This document shows positions 9,413 through 19,480 of a stretch of DNA of 64,000 nt, in pieces. How positions within the stretch are numbered: the first letter of the stretch is position 1; every line of letters begins with the position of its first letter. This DNA is from Pseudomonadota bacterium. Its GTDB lineage: Bacteria > Pseudomonadota > Alphaproteobacteria > Rhizobiales > Devosiaceae. Position numbers and translations under genes: made by a program. Below the pieces are notes generated by a model, which was given only the letters and a program-made list of their open reading frames with translations, did no database searches and was not told the DNA's origin. The stretch is taken from NCBI GenBank assembly GCA_023391095.1, contig JAEWBN010000014.1, positions 70,276 through 134,275 on the forward strand. The letters are read 5' to 3'.

Positions 9413-9892
9413 TCAGCCTTTGGCTAAGACGTCGCGCAGCGCGTCCAGCATCTTCTGGGCGTGGCCCTTGATGCGGGTGGCGCGGATGATGCGGGCAATG
9501 CGCCCCTCGGCGTCGATGATGAAGCTCGTGCGCACGAGCCCCATGAATTCGCGGCCATAGAGCTTCTTGAGCTGCCAGAGGCCGAAGCCGGCAATGGCCT
9601 TGTGGTCAGGGTCGGCCAGCAGCGGCACCGAGAGGCTATATTTGGCGCGGAAGCGGGCGTGGCTCTCCACATCATTGGGCGAGATGCCGATCAGGGTTGC
9701 TCCGAGCGCGGCAAACTCCGGCGCAAGGATGGAAAACTCGACATTTTCGTCCACGCAACCGCCCGAGTCATCCTCGGGATAGAAGTAGATCACCACCGGC
9801 CCACCGCGCAGGGCGCTCAGGGTCATGTCTGGCCCGTCATCGCGCTGGAGGGTGAAATCGGGAGCGGCATCGCCGGGCTTGAGGTGTGTCAT
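9413..9892 (-). CDS. bcp: Peroxiredoxin, BCP/PrxQ family
   Basis: YFYPEDDSGGC, GISPND and RTSFIID motifs. Confidence 0.88.
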   Translation of the reverse strand: MTHLKPGDAAPDFTLQRDDGPDMTLSALRGGPVVIYFYPEDDSGGCVDENVEFSILAPEFAALGATLIGISPNDVESHARFRAKYSLSVPLLADPDHKAIAGFGLWQLKKLYGREFMGLVRTSFIIDAEGRIARIIRATRIKGHAQKMLDALRDVLAKG

Positions 9893-9926
9893 CGTATTTC
9901 TTCCATTGGCGCAAACTGATTAGAGG

Positions 9927-12900
9927 GTGTCGGCGCCACATTCCAGCCGGTATCATTGGGCATTGGACCGCAACGACGCGGATGATTCTGGGTGGCGGAT
10001 GGTTCGGCCGGATCGCCATTGGCCTTGGCAGCAATTGAGCGACACGACAACCTCTGCAGAATCCTCCAGTCCGCCCCAGGAGCCCAAGGGTCGTCCCGCG
10101 GCGCGACGGGCTGCGCGCATCGCAGTGTGGGTGCTGGGCATCCCCTCCCTCCTGCTGATCGTTCTCTACCTGGTTCTGCTTGTCACGCCGATCCGTTTGC
10201 CCTTTACGGGTGGGGCCGTCCGGGCCTTCGTGCAGTCCTTCATTCCCCCCACCTCGACCATCGAAATGGGTGACATGGCGCTGGCGCTGGAGCGTGGCAT
10301 TTGGCCGGTCATCCGTTTCGACCCCGTGGTGCTGAGCGACAGCAAGTCGGGGGCGCATATTGCCATGGAGGCGCTGGAAATCGGCTTCTCTCCGGCCCGC
10401 GCCTTGTTCGGGCAGCCTGGCGCAACCGTGACGGTGGTCGGCCCTCATATCCAGATGGTCCAGGATCTCTATGGGCCGCGCCTCACCCGGTTCGAGATGG
10501 TGGAGGACCCCAATGGCGGGCCGCCTGTCGTGCGGGTGCTGGAAGGCGACGATGCCTTTCCAAGCGTCGAAATCTCCCCCGAGGGCATTGCTCTCGAGGG
10601 CGAGAATGCCACCGCCCTGCGGTCCGATAACGACTGGCTGATCTACAATCTCGAAGCCAGCGAGATGGGCATTGCCGAACTCGTGGAGCAGGCCGCGCAG
10701 GGCCGCTTTTCGCGCCTCGTGGTGCGTGACGGCCGCATCGACATGTCGGACGCGGTGTACGGGCTTTTCCGCCAGTTCCACGACGTGTCGCTGGAAATCG
10801 GGCCGTCGGCCGACCGGCGCGAAACCACCGGGACATTCTCGGCCCTGATCGGCGGCCGCCAGGTTGTCGGCACGATCGACCGGACGATTGATGATGACGG
10901 TGTCAGGCGCCTTCAGGCCGACGTGACCAATATCGACTTCGCGGCCTTTCTGCCGTTTATCGATGATGAAGACAGCATGGCGGCCATGCGCGGGGCCGGC
11001 GCGATCTCCATCGATGTCACTTTTACCGCCGAGGACGCCAAGCTGATCGGCGGCGATTTCAAGGTTGACCTGACGGGCGTCGACCTGCGCCTCGCCCATG
11101 ACTATTTCCCCGTCGCCAGTTCCATTCTCAATATCACTTGGGAACCCGAAACGGGCCAGTTCCATCTCGATGAAGGTGCGATCCAGATCGGGGACAGCAG
11201 CGCGCGGGTAGCCGGCGTCTTCGCGCTCGGTCTTGACCCCAGCTTCGGCCCGACCATCGGCATGTCGATCAAGGCGCGCGAGGTTTATCTGCGTCCAGGG
11301 GATCTGGGGCCGCCGGATTCGCCTTTCGACAGCGTCGAGTTTTCCGGCTGGTCGGCGCCGCTTTACGGGGCCCTTGGCATTGACCGGCTTGTGGCCAGCA
11401 AGCCTGACGCGGTGGTGGAAACCCGCGGACGCATCGATCTGCTGACCAACGGCCTGGGCGTCGACATGACAGTTGCCGGTACGGGGGTGACGGCCGACGA
11501 TTTCAAGCGCCTTTGGCCCTATCTCATGGGCGAGGAAAGCCGCGACTGGTTCGTCGCCAATGTGCCGCAGGGGCGCGTCAAGACCGCCCGGATGAGGTTC
11601 GATTTTCCCGTCGGAACGCTGGCGCTCGATGGTGAGGAGCGCCCGCTGCCGCCCGACGCCATGAATATCGAGGTGGTCGCCGAGGGCCTTGCCATCAAGC
11701 CGACCGAGAGCATGCCGCCCATCGTCATTACCGGCGACACGCGCCTCACCTATAACGGCGCCGGCTTTTCGGTGGCCGGTGGGGGTGGAGCCGTGGATAC
11801 GGCGGGCGGCACCATCTCTGTCGTCAATCCGGCTCTGGTCTTCGACACCACCAATCCCGACGAAAGCATCGTCGAGATTTCCGGTGACCTCTCCGCGCCC
11901 ATCCCGGCGCTCCTGGCGCTCGTGCAGGACCTGCAGCCCGGCGCGCTCGACGGCGTCGACCTGCCGGTCGACCTAGAAAGCCTCACGGGCACGGTCGATC
12001 TGGGCCTGGTCTCGACCATCGGGCTGGCCGATGAGGAAGCCGGTACGCCGCTGAAGCTCGACTATGTGGTCAATGGCACGGTGAGCGATTTCGGCAGCAG
12101 CCAGAAGATCGAGGGCCGCAGTGTCGGCGACGGGCAGCTGGCCTTTTCGGCTTCGCAGGCTGGCTACCAGCTTGGCGGCACCGCCAGTCTTGACGGTCTA
12201 AATGTGGAAGTTTCCGTGCAAGGCACGCCCCAGACTGAACCGGTCATCCAGTTCGGGGGCACCATCGCCGTGGCGGATATCGCCAAGATGGGTTTTGATC
12301 TCTCCGATTTCCTCAGCGGCGAGGTGCGCGTCGTCGGCCAACCGCTAGCCGGCGGTGCGCTGCAGGTGGGCATTGATCTCGCCGGCGCCGGCCTCAATAT
12401 CCGCGACCTTGGCATTTCCAAGCCTGCCAGCGCGGCGGGCTCCGTCTCCGCCATCGTACGGCCGGGCGAGGACGTGACGACGATCGAGGATATATCGCTT
12501 GCCTTCGGCACCGTCCGCATAGGCGGAGACGCCCAGTTCAGCGCCACGGATGGTCTGATCGCGGCCGATTTCGACACCTTTGCCTTGAGCCAGGGCGACA
12601 GCGCATCGGTCGCACTGCGGCCCATCGACGGGGGCTTTGATGTGAAGATCACCGGTCGCCAGCTTGATCTCAAGCCGGTGCTCGGGCGTTTCTTCAGCCT
12701 CAACCAGGGCAGCGGCGGTGTCGCCGTCACCCAGTTTGACCAGAACATCGCCCTTACGATGAAGCTCGACCGGGCGCTGGGGCACTACGCCACCACCGCC
12801 TTCAACCTCGACCTCGACCTGCTCCTGCGCGGCACCGACCTCCGGCGCGCGACGCTGACGGCGCAGTTCGACGAGGGCAATGCCATCTCGATCACCACCA

Positions 12901-13514
12901 ATCCCGCGCCCAACGGCCGGACGCTGACCATGGCCTTCAACGATGCCGGAACCGTGCTGCGCCTGTTGGGCATCTATTCCCAGCTCGCCGGCGGATCGGG
13001 GAGCCTCGTGATGACCACCGACCGCACCCTCGACGCAGAGGCGGGTCAGCTGGTCATGCGCAACTTCGCCATCGTCGATGAAGCCAATGTGGTGCAGATC
13101 CTGGGCAATCACTCCGATTCCCGTTCGCTGATCGCATCCAGCAATCGCCTCGATTTCGAGGCGGGGCAGGTCGATTTCGTCCGCCGCTCGGACCGGGTGG
13201 AGGTCACCAACGCGGTGCTGGCCGGCGAGACGGTCGGCGGCACCATGCGCGGCTTCATCTATACCGACCGCCGTCAGTACGATCTCACCGGCACCTATGT
13301 GCCGCTGTTCGGGCTCAACAACGCCTTCCAGCAGATCCCGCTGCTTGGGCCGCTGCTCGGTGGACGCGACGGCGAAGGTCTCGTTGGCGTCACCTTTGCC
13401 ATCCAGGGCGCGCTCGACAAGCCGGTGTTCCGGATCAACCCGCTATCCATCCTGGTGCCCGGGGCCTTCCGCGAGCTGTTCGAATACCGCGCCAAGGAAT
13501 TGCCGCCGGAATGA
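9927..13514 (+). CDS. AsmA/YhdP-like (DUF3971/AsmA_2) envelope protein; true start perhaps TTG 10035
   Basis: N-terminal TM, long beta-rich body, C-terminal GTYVP..N...IPLLG...INPLS..PG.FR. Confidence 0.8.
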   Translation: MSAPHSSRYHWALDRNDADDSGWRMVRPDRHWPWQQLSDTTTSAESSSPPQEPKGRPAARRAARIAVWVLGIPSLLLIVLYLVLLVTPIRLPFTGGAVRAFVQSFIPPTSTIEMGDMALALERGIWPVIRFDPVVLSDSKSGAHIAMEALEIGFSPARALFGQPGATVTVVGPHIQMVQDLYGPRLTRFEMVEDPNGGPPVVRVLEGDDAFPSVEISPEGIALEGENATALRSDNDWLIYNLEASEMGIAELVEQAAQGRFSRLVVRDGRIDMSDAVYGLFRQFHDVSLEIGPSADRRETTGTFSALIGGRQVVGTIDRTIDDDGVRRLQADVTNIDFAAFLPFIDDEDSMAAMRGAGAISIDVTFTAEDAKLIGGDFKVDLTGVDLRLAHDYFPVASSILNITWEPETGQFHLDEGAIQIGDSSARVAGVFALGLDPSFGPTIGMSIKAREVYLRPGDLGPPDSPFDSVEFSGWSAPLYGALGIDRLVASKPDAVVETRGRIDLLTNGLGVDMTVAGTGVTADDFKRLWPYLMGEESRDWFVANVPQGRVKTARMRFDFPVGTLALDGEERPLPPDAMNIEVVAEGLAIKPTESMPPIVITGDTRLTYNGAGFSVAGGGGAVDTAGGTISVVNPALVFDTTNPDESIVEISGDLSAPIPALLALVQDLQPGALDGVDLPVDLESLTGTVDLGLVSTIGLADEEAGTPLKLDYVVNGTVSDFGSSQKIEGRSVGDGQLAFSASQAGYQLGGTASLDGLNVEVSVQGTPQTEPVIQFGGTIAVADIAKMGFDLSDFLSGEVRVVGQPLAGGALQVGIDLAGAGLNIRDLGISKPASAAGSVSAIVRPGEDVTTIEDISLAFGTVRIGGDAQFSATDGLIAADFDTFALSQGDSASVALRPIDGGFDVKITGRQLDLKPVLGRFFSLNQGSGGVAVTQFDQNIALTMKLDRALGHYATTAFNLDLDLLLRGTDLRRATLTAQFDEGNAISITTNPAPNGRTLTMAFNDAGTVLRLLGIYSQLAGGSGSLVMTTDRTLDAEAGQLVMRNFAIVDEANVVQILGNHSDSRSLIASSNRLDFEAGQVDFVRRSDRVEVTNAVLAGETVGGTMRGFIYTDRRQYDLTGTYVPLFGLNNAFQQIPLLGPLLGGRDGEGLVGVTFAIQGALDKPVFRINPLSILVPGAFRELFEYRAKELPPE

Positions 13515-13539
13515 AAAAGGGCACCCGAAGGTGCCCTTT
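13514..13539. terminator. Bidirectional terminator between the convergent AsmA-like gene and tyrS
   Basis: AAAGGGCACC-CGAA-GGTGCCCTTT. Confidence 0.85.
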
Positions 13540-13560
13540 GAGTACAACCTGAAAGCCAGA

Positions 13561-14805
13561 TCAGACCGGCTTGATCAGCGCGTGACGCTTCTTGCCGACC
13601 GAGAGCTTGATCACCCCTTCGGGCAGCAGGGCATTATCGGCCAGGCTCAGTTTGTCGTCGTCGATGACCGCATCGTTGATGCGCACGGCGCCCGAGGCGA
13701 TATGGCGGCGCGCTTCGCCATTGGAGCCGGCAAGGCCTGCCTTGACCAGCGCGTTGAGCACGCCGATCCCGGCATTGAGTTCGGCATGGGTGACTTCGGC
13801 GGTCGGCAGCGACAGGTCGAGCTTGCCGGCTTCGAACGTGGCCCGCGCCGTTTCGGCCGCTTCCTCGGCCGCCGCACGGCTGTGCACCTTGGCGGTCACC
13901 TCGGTGGCCAGACGCTTCTTGGCCTCGTTGATGTCGCCGGCACAGATGCGGGCGATCTCGTCGAGCGGCAGGACCGTGAAGAGCTTCATGAAGCGCTCGA
14001 CGTCCGCGTCCTCGGTGTTCCGCCAATACTGCCAGAAGTCGTAAACGCTCATCATGTCGGCGTTGAGCCACATGGCGCCGCCCAGCGACTTGCCCATCTT
14101 CTGGCCCGACGACGTGGTCAGGAGCGGCGAGGTCAGCGCGTAGAACTGCTTGCCGAGCATGCGGTGACCGAGGTCGATACCGTTGACGATATTGCCCCAC
14201 TGATCCGAGCCACCCATCTGCAACACGCAGTCGTAGCGCTTGTTGAGCTCCACGAAGTCGTAGGCCTGCAGGATCATGTAGTTGAATTCGAGGAAGCTCA
14301 GCGACTGCTCGCGGTCGATGCGCAGCTTGACCGAGTCGAAGCTGAGCATGCGGTTGACCGAGAAATGCTGGCCGACATCGCGCAGGAATTCCACATAGTT
14401 GAGCTTGAGGAGCCAGTCGGCATTGTTCGCCATGATGGCATTGCCGCCGTCGCTCTCGAACTTGAGGAAGTTGCCGAACTTGGCCTTGATGCCCTCGATA
14501 TTGGCCTTGATGCCTTCGACACCCAGGAGCTTGCGCGCTTCGTCCTTGAAGCTGGGGTCGCCGATCATGCCGGTGCCGCCACCCATCAGGGCAATGGCGC
14601 GGTGCCCGGTGGCCTGCAGCCAGTGCAGCATCATGATCTGGGTGAGGTGGCCGACATGCAGGCTCGCCGCGGTCGGGTCATAGCCGATATAGGCGGTGAT
14701 CTGCTGCTCGGAGGCGAGCTTGTCGAGACCTTCGGGGTCGGAGATCTGATGAATGAAACCGCGCTCGTCGAGGGTGCGCAGGAAATCGGATTTGAACGTG
14801 CTCAT
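13561..14805 (-). CDS. tyrS: Tyrosine--tRNA ligase
   Basis: [28 protein letters not shown] and a C-terminal S4 domain. Confidence 0.97.
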   Translation of the reverse strand: MSTFKSDFLRTLDERGFIHQISDPEGLDKLASEQQITAYIGYDPTAASLHVGHLTQIMMLHWLQATGHRAIALMGGGTGMIGDPSFKDEARKLLGVEGIKANIEGIKAKFGNFLKFESDGGNAIMANNADWLLKLNYVEFLRDVGQHFSVNRMLSFDSVKLRIDREQSLSFLEFNYMILQAYDFVELNKRYDCVLQMGGSDQWGNIVNGIDLGHRMLGKQFYALTSPLLTTSSGQKMGKSLGGAMWLNADMMSVYDFWQYWRNTEDADVERFMKLFTVLPLDEIARICAGDINEAKKRLATEVTAKVHSRAAAEEAAETARATFEAGKLDLSLPTAEVTHAELNAGIGVLNALVKAGLAGSNGEARRHIASGAVRINDAVIDDDKLSLADNALLPEGVIKLSVGKKRHALIKPV

Positions 14806-14914
14806 TTTGCGATCCAAGTGCGCCGCGACCTGAGGTCCTTACGGCGTCCGGGGAGATATACGGTGTGCCCGCAAGGGACACACCGTGGTGAGGCGATCGC
14901 CCCGATGCGCTCTC

Positions 14915-15577
14915 TTAGCGCCCGCCGCCGTCCGCGATCTCCTGACGGCGACGGTCGAGATATTCGGCACAGGCCGTGGTCAGTTCGTCGATCTTGCCTT
15001 CATAGAAGTGGTTGGCGCCTTCCACGATCTGCTGCTCGATGGTGATGCCCTTTTGCGTCTTGAGCTTGTCCACCAGCTTCTGCACCGACGAGGGCGGGGC
15101 CACGCGGTCCTTGTCACCATGGATGATGAGACCGGAAGACGGACAGGGGGCGAGGAACGAGAAGTCGTAGAGGTTTTCCGGCGGCGAGACCGAAATGAAG
15201 CCTTCCACTTCCGGACGACGCATGAGCAGCTGCATGCCGATCCAGGCGCCGAAGGAGAAGCCGGCGATCCAGCAGCCGCGCGATTCCCGGTTGATGATCT
15301 GCAGCCAGTCCAGCGCGGCGGCCGCGTCGGAAAGTTCGCCGATACCATGGTCGAACATGCCCTGGCTGCGGCCGACGCCGCGCGAATTGAAGCGCAGCAC
15401 CGAAAAGCCGCGCTCGGCGAACATGTAGAACAGGTTATAGACGATCTGGTTGTTCATCGTCCCGCCGAACTGCGGGTGCGGATGCAGCACGATGGCGATC
15501 GGCGCGTTGGGTTCCTTGCCCGGCTGGTACCGGCCTTCGAGGCGCCCTTCCGGGCCGTTGAAGATCACTTCAGGCAT
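14915..15577 (-). CDS. Conserved alpha/beta hydrolase divergent from the suf operon
   Basis: HPHPQFGGTM, nucleophile motif GFSFG and GANHF. Confidence 0.9.
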   Translation of the reverse strand: MPEVIFNGPEGRLEGRYQPGKEPNAPIAIVLHPHPQFGGTMNNQIVYNLFYMFAERGFSVLRFNSRGVGRSQGMFDHGIGELSDAAAALDWLQIINRESRGCWIAGFSFGAWIGMQLLMRRPEVEGFISVSPPENLYDFSFLAPCPSSGLIIHGDKDRVAPPSSVQKLVDKLKTQKGITIEQQIVEGANHFYEGKIDELTTACAEYLDRRRQEIADGGGR

Positions 15578-15646
15578 GGTTTCGTTCCGGCCTTTCCGGC
15601 TCTGTCGCAACGGTCTTTCGACCCTTTGGAAAGCGCCCCGCGCAGC

Positions 15647-15675
15647 TTGACTAAGCGCCGGGCTCTCCCTAAAAC
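15647..15675 (+). promoter_or_regulatory. Putative sigma70 promoter of the suf operon
   Basis: TTGACT-N17-TAAAAC. Confidence 0.55.
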
Positions 15676-15692
15676 ATGGGTCCGAAAACCAG

Positions 15693-15709
15693 TTTAGAAT
15701 TATTCAAAA
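15693..15709 (+). promoter_or_regulatory. Irr box / ICE motif
   Basis: TTTAGAA-TTA-TTCAAAA, one mismatch to TTTAGAA-N3-TTCTAAA. Confidence 0.8.
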
Positions 15710-15859
15710 ACGGGTTTTAGGCCGTCCAGCGGCCTGTTGGAGCGCCCCTTGTAATGAAGTTGCGCTCGGAATTTCAAGAAGTGTTTGGTTTTCTTGGGGC
15801 CTGAGCGTCCCAGGCCGGGCATATGAGGTATGGCGGACGCGCAAGCGTCCGGTGGCGCA

Positions 15860-17005
15860 ATGACGAGACCGGCGATCTATCTGGATCATAATGCCGCGTC
15901 CCCGCTTCGACCCGAAGCGCGGGCGTCCTTGCTTGCCGCCTTGGATCATGCGGGCAATCCGTCCTCCGTGCACGCCCATGGGCGTGCCTTGCGCGACCTG
16001 GTCGAAACCGGCCGCCGCCAGGTGGCCAGGCGGGCCGGCGCCGAAGTCCGGCAGGTGGTCTTCACCGGTTCGGCCACCGAGGCCATTACCCAGGCCATTG
16101 TCGGGGGCGCCAAGGCCTTTTCGGCAGGCGCCGTGGCGCTCGGCGCGGGGGAGCACGCCGCCGTCCTGAAGGCGGCTGAGGCCACGGGCTTGCCTTTGTG
16201 GACTATCGGGCTTGATGCCGAGGGGCGCATTGATCTTGATCAACTCGCTGCCGCTTTGGCGCGCGCCGACGCCGAAAGCGTCACGCTTCTGGTGGCCCTT
16301 CACTGGGTGAACAACGAAACCGGCGTTGTCCAGCCCATTGGCCGGATCAGCGCCCTGGTCGGGCCCACCCGACACATACTCTTTATCGATGCCGTACAGG
16401 CGTTTGGTCGCATCGATCTGGAATTTGCCGCGTCGGCTGCCGATATGATGGCCATAAGCGGCCACAAGATCGGCGGGCCTGCCGGCATCGGGGCGCTCCT
16501 GGTCAAGGGCCACGCCGATACCGTCCGGTTGATCCCGGGCGGCGGTCAGGAACAGGGCCGTCGCGGCGGCACGGAATCGGCGGCATTGATCGCGGCTTTC
16601 GGTGCCGCGGCGGACGCTGCCCACTACGATCACGCTGCCATGCTGGCTCTCACCGATCTGGTCGAGACCGGCATTGCGGCCTTAGCGCCCGACGTGACCA
16701 TTTTCGGCGCGGGCGCCGAACGGGTCGGCAATGTCGTCAACTTTGCCGTTCCCGGCATCGGCAATGCCACGGCGATGATGGCGCTCGACCTGATGGGCCT
16801 TTCGGTGTCCTCGGGGTCGGCCTGTTCGTCGGGCAAGGTTGGCGCAAGCCACGTGCTCGCGGCCATGGGTGTCGACAAGGCGCTCGCCGAATGCGCACTG
16901 CGCATCAGCTTTGGCTGGAATTCCACACGCGAGGATGCGCAAGCCTTTCTCGCCGGTTTTGAGAAGGTCCTGACGCGCCAGCGGCGGGCAGGACAGGCGG
17001 CCTGA
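15860..17005 (+). CDS. Cysteine desulfurase, NifS/IscS group I
   Basis: YLDHNA, GNPSSVH, NNETG, SGHKIGG and SSGSACSS motifs. Confidence 0.92.
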   Translation: MTRPAIYLDHNAASPLRPEARASLLAALDHAGNPSSVHAHGRALRDLVETGRRQVARRAGAEVRQVVFTGSATEAITQAIVGGAKAFSAGAVALGAGEHAAVLKAAEATGLPLWTIGLDAEGRIDLDQLAAALARADAESVTLLVALHWVNNETGVVQPIGRISALVGPTRHILFIDAVQAFGRIDLEFAASAADMMAISGHKIGGPAGIGALLVKGHADTVRLIPGGGQEQGRRGGTESAALIAAFGAAADAAHYDHAAMLALTDLVETGIAALAPDVTIFGAGAERVGNVVNFAVPGIGNATAMMALDLMGLSVSSGSACSSGKVGASHVLAAMGVDKALAECALRISFGWNSTREDAQAFLAGFEKVLTRQRRAGQAA

Positions 17006-17068
17006 CGGCCGTGACATGTATGCGTTCGCGGCGGCCTTGACCCGCCGATGAGCAAGAAGGAGAGCCTG

Positions 17069-18598
17069 ATGGCGGACTACGATATTCCAACGCTCAAGGA
17101 AGAGATCGATCGGGAAACCGTCGAGCAGGTCCTTGCGCTCGACGTGGACAAGTACAAGTACGGGTTCGAATCCGACATCGAATCCGACGTGCTGCCGCCT
17201 GGCCTGACCGAAGACACTGTCCGCTTCATTTCCGCCAAGAAGCAGGAGCCGGAATGGATGCTGGAATGGCGCCTCGACGCCTTCCGCCGCTGGCAGACGC
17301 TTGAAGAGCCCAACTGGGCCAAGGTGCACTACCCGAAGATCGACTTCCAGTCGATCAGCTACTATGCGGCGCCCAAGTCCGTCACCGGCCCCAAGAGCCT
17401 CGACGAGGTCGATCCGGAACTGCTGCGCACCTATGAAAAGCTCGGCATTCCGCTCAAGGAGCAGGCCATCCTGGCCGGCGTTCAGGGTGCGGCTGAATCT
17501 GTCGGCACCCCGTTTGGCGCCGGCGTGGCCGTGGACGCGGTGTTCGACTCCGTGTCGGTCGTCACTACCTTCCGCGAAGAGCTGGCCAAACAGGGCATCA
17601 TCTTCTGCTCGATCTCGGAAGCCGTGCGCGAGCATCCCGAGCTGGTGCAGAAGTATCTCGGTTCCGTGGTTCCGGTTTCGGACAACTACTATGCCACGCT
17701 GAATTCCGCCGTCTTCACCGACGGGTCCTTCGTCTTCATCCCCAAGGGCGTCCGCTGCCCGATGGAGCTCTCGACCTATTTCCGCATCAACGAGCGCAAT
17801 ACCGGCCAGTTCGAGCGTACGCTGATCATTGCCGAGGAAGACACCTACGTCTCCTATCTCGAAGGTTGCACGGCCCCGACCCGCGACGAGAACCAGCTTC
17901 ACGCCGCAGTGGTCGAACTCGTTGCCCTCGACAATGCCGAGATCAAGTACTCCACCGTCCAGAACTGGTATCCGGGCGACAAGGACGGCAAGGGCGGCAT
18001 CTACAATTTCGTCACCAAGCGCGGTGACTGCCGTGGTGCCAATTCCAAGATAAGCTGGACGCAGGTCGAAACCGGCTCGGCCATCACCTGGAAATATCCG
18101 AGCTGCATCCTGCGCGGCGACGGTTCGCGCGGCGAGTTCTATTCCATCGCCATCTCGAACGGTCACCAGCAGGTCGATAGCGGCACCAAGATGATCCACC
18201 TGGGCAAAAACACGTCCAGCCGCATCATCTCCAAGGGCATTGCCGCCGGCTTCTCGGACAACACCTATCGCGGTCAGGTCTCGGCCCACGCCAAGGCCAA
18301 GAACGCCCGCAACTTCACCCAGTGCGACTCGCTGCTGATCGGCGACAAGTGCGGCGCCCACACGGTTCCCTATATCGAGAGCCGCAACGGCACGGCGGTG
18401 TTCGAGCACGAAGCCACCACGTCCAAGATCTCCGACGATCAGATGTTCTACTGCATGCAGCGTGGCCTCTCCGAAGAGGAAGCCGTGGCGCTGATCGTCA
18501 ATGGCTTCGTTCGCGATGTGCTGCAGCACCTGCCAATGGAGTTCATGGTCGAAACCCAGAAGCTGATCTCGATCAGCCTCGAAGGCAGCGTCGGCTAA
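17069..18598 (+). CDS. sufB: Fe-S cluster assembly protein SufB
   Basis: [25 protein letters not shown] and YSTVQNWY motifs. Confidence 0.98.
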   Translation: MADYDIPTLKEEIDRETVEQVLALDVDKYKYGFESDIESDVLPPGLTEDTVRFISAKKQEPEWMLEWRLDAFRRWQTLEEPNWAKVHYPKIDFQSISYYAAPKSVTGPKSLDEVDPELLRTYEKLGIPLKEQAILAGVQGAAESVGTPFGAGVAVDAVFDSVSVVTTFREELAKQGIIFCSISEAVREHPELVQKYLGSVVPVSDNYYATLNSAVFTDGSFVFIPKGVRCPMELSTYFRINERNTGQFERTLIIAEEDTYVSYLEGCTAPTRDENQLHAAVVELVALDNAEIKYSTVQNWYPGDKDGKGGIYNFVTKRGDCRGANSKISWTQVETGSAITWKYPSCILRGDGSRGEFYSIAISNGHQQVDSGTKMIHLGKNTSSRIISKGIAAGFSDNTYRGQVSAHAKAKNARNFTQCDSLLIGDKCGAHTVPYIESRNGTAVFEHEATTSKISDDQMFYCMQRGLSEEEAVALIVNGFVRDVLQHLPMEFMVETQKLISISLEGSVG

Positions 18599-18622
18599 GG
18601 CATTCAAATCACGCTCCCTCCC

Positions 18623-18670
18623 ACCTCTCCCTTCGGGGGAGAGGTCGCCCGAAGGGCGGGTGAGGGGGCC
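18623..18670. repeat. Alphaproteobacterial palindromic intergenic repeat (RIME/CIR-like unit)
   Basis: ACCTCTCCC-TTCGG-GGGAGAGGT, then CGCCC-GAA-GGGCG, then GGTGAGGGGG. Confidence 0.7.
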
Positions 18671-18716
18671 TTACAGCAACACTGGCGCCGAGATGGCTGC
18701 CAATCCGGAGTTAGAA

Positions 18717-19478
18717 ATGACCACTCCCGTTCTTGAAATCCGCAACCTGCATGCCCGCATCGAGGATCGTGAAATCCTCAAGGGTGTGAACCTCATCATT
18801 CCCCCCGGCGAAGTCCACGCCATCATGGGTCGCAACGGCTCGGGCAAGTCGACGCTGAGCTATGTTCTGGCCGGCAAGGAAGACTACGAGGTCACCGAGG
18901 GCGAAGTGCTGCTCAATGGCGAAAACATCCTCGAGATGGAGCCCGATGAGCGCGCCGCGGCGGGCCTGTTCCTCGCTTTCCAGTATCCGATCGAAATCCC
19001 CGGCGTCGCGACCATGACCTTCCTCAAGGCCGCCATCAACGCCCAGCGCAAGGCGCGCGGCGAGGGTGAGCTGTCGACCCCTGACTTCATGCGTGCCGTC
19101 AAGGAAGCCGGTGCCAAGCTCAATGTCGACAGCGACATGCTCAAGCGTCCGCTCAATGTCGGCTTCTCCGGCGGCGAAAAGAAGCGCGCCGAGATCATGC
19201 AGATGGCCCTCCTGAAGCCCGCTCTTGCCGTGCTCGATGAGACCGATTCCGGCCTCGACATCGATGCGCTCCAGGTTGTGTCCAAGGGCGTCAACGCGCT
19301 CCGCGACGGCCAGCGCTCCATGCTGGTCATCACCCACTACCAGCGCCTCCTGAACCACATCGTGCCCGACGTGGTCCACGTCTTCTCCGACGGCCGGATC
19401 GTGGAAAGCGGCGACAAGGATCTGGCGCTCAAGCTCGAAGCTGAGGGCTATGCCAATTACGGCGGAGAGGCTGCCTGA
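18717..19478 (+). CDS. sufC: Fe-S assembly ATPase SufC
   Basis: GRNGSGKST, FSGGEKKR, LDETDSGLD and ITHYQRLL motifs. Confidence 0.98.
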   Translation: MTTPVLEIRNLHARIEDREILKGVNLIIPPGEVHAIMGRNGSGKSTLSYVLAGKEDYEVTEGEVLLNGENILEMEPDERAAAGLFLAFQYPIEIPGVATMTFLKAAINAQRKARGEGELSTPDFMRAVKEAGAKLNVDSDMLKRPLNVGFSGGEKKRAEIMQMALLKPALAVLDETDSGLDIDALQVVSKGVNALRDGQRSMLVITHYQRLLNHIVPDVVHVFSDGRIVESGDKDLALKLEAEGYANYGGEAA

Positions 19479-19480
19479 CC

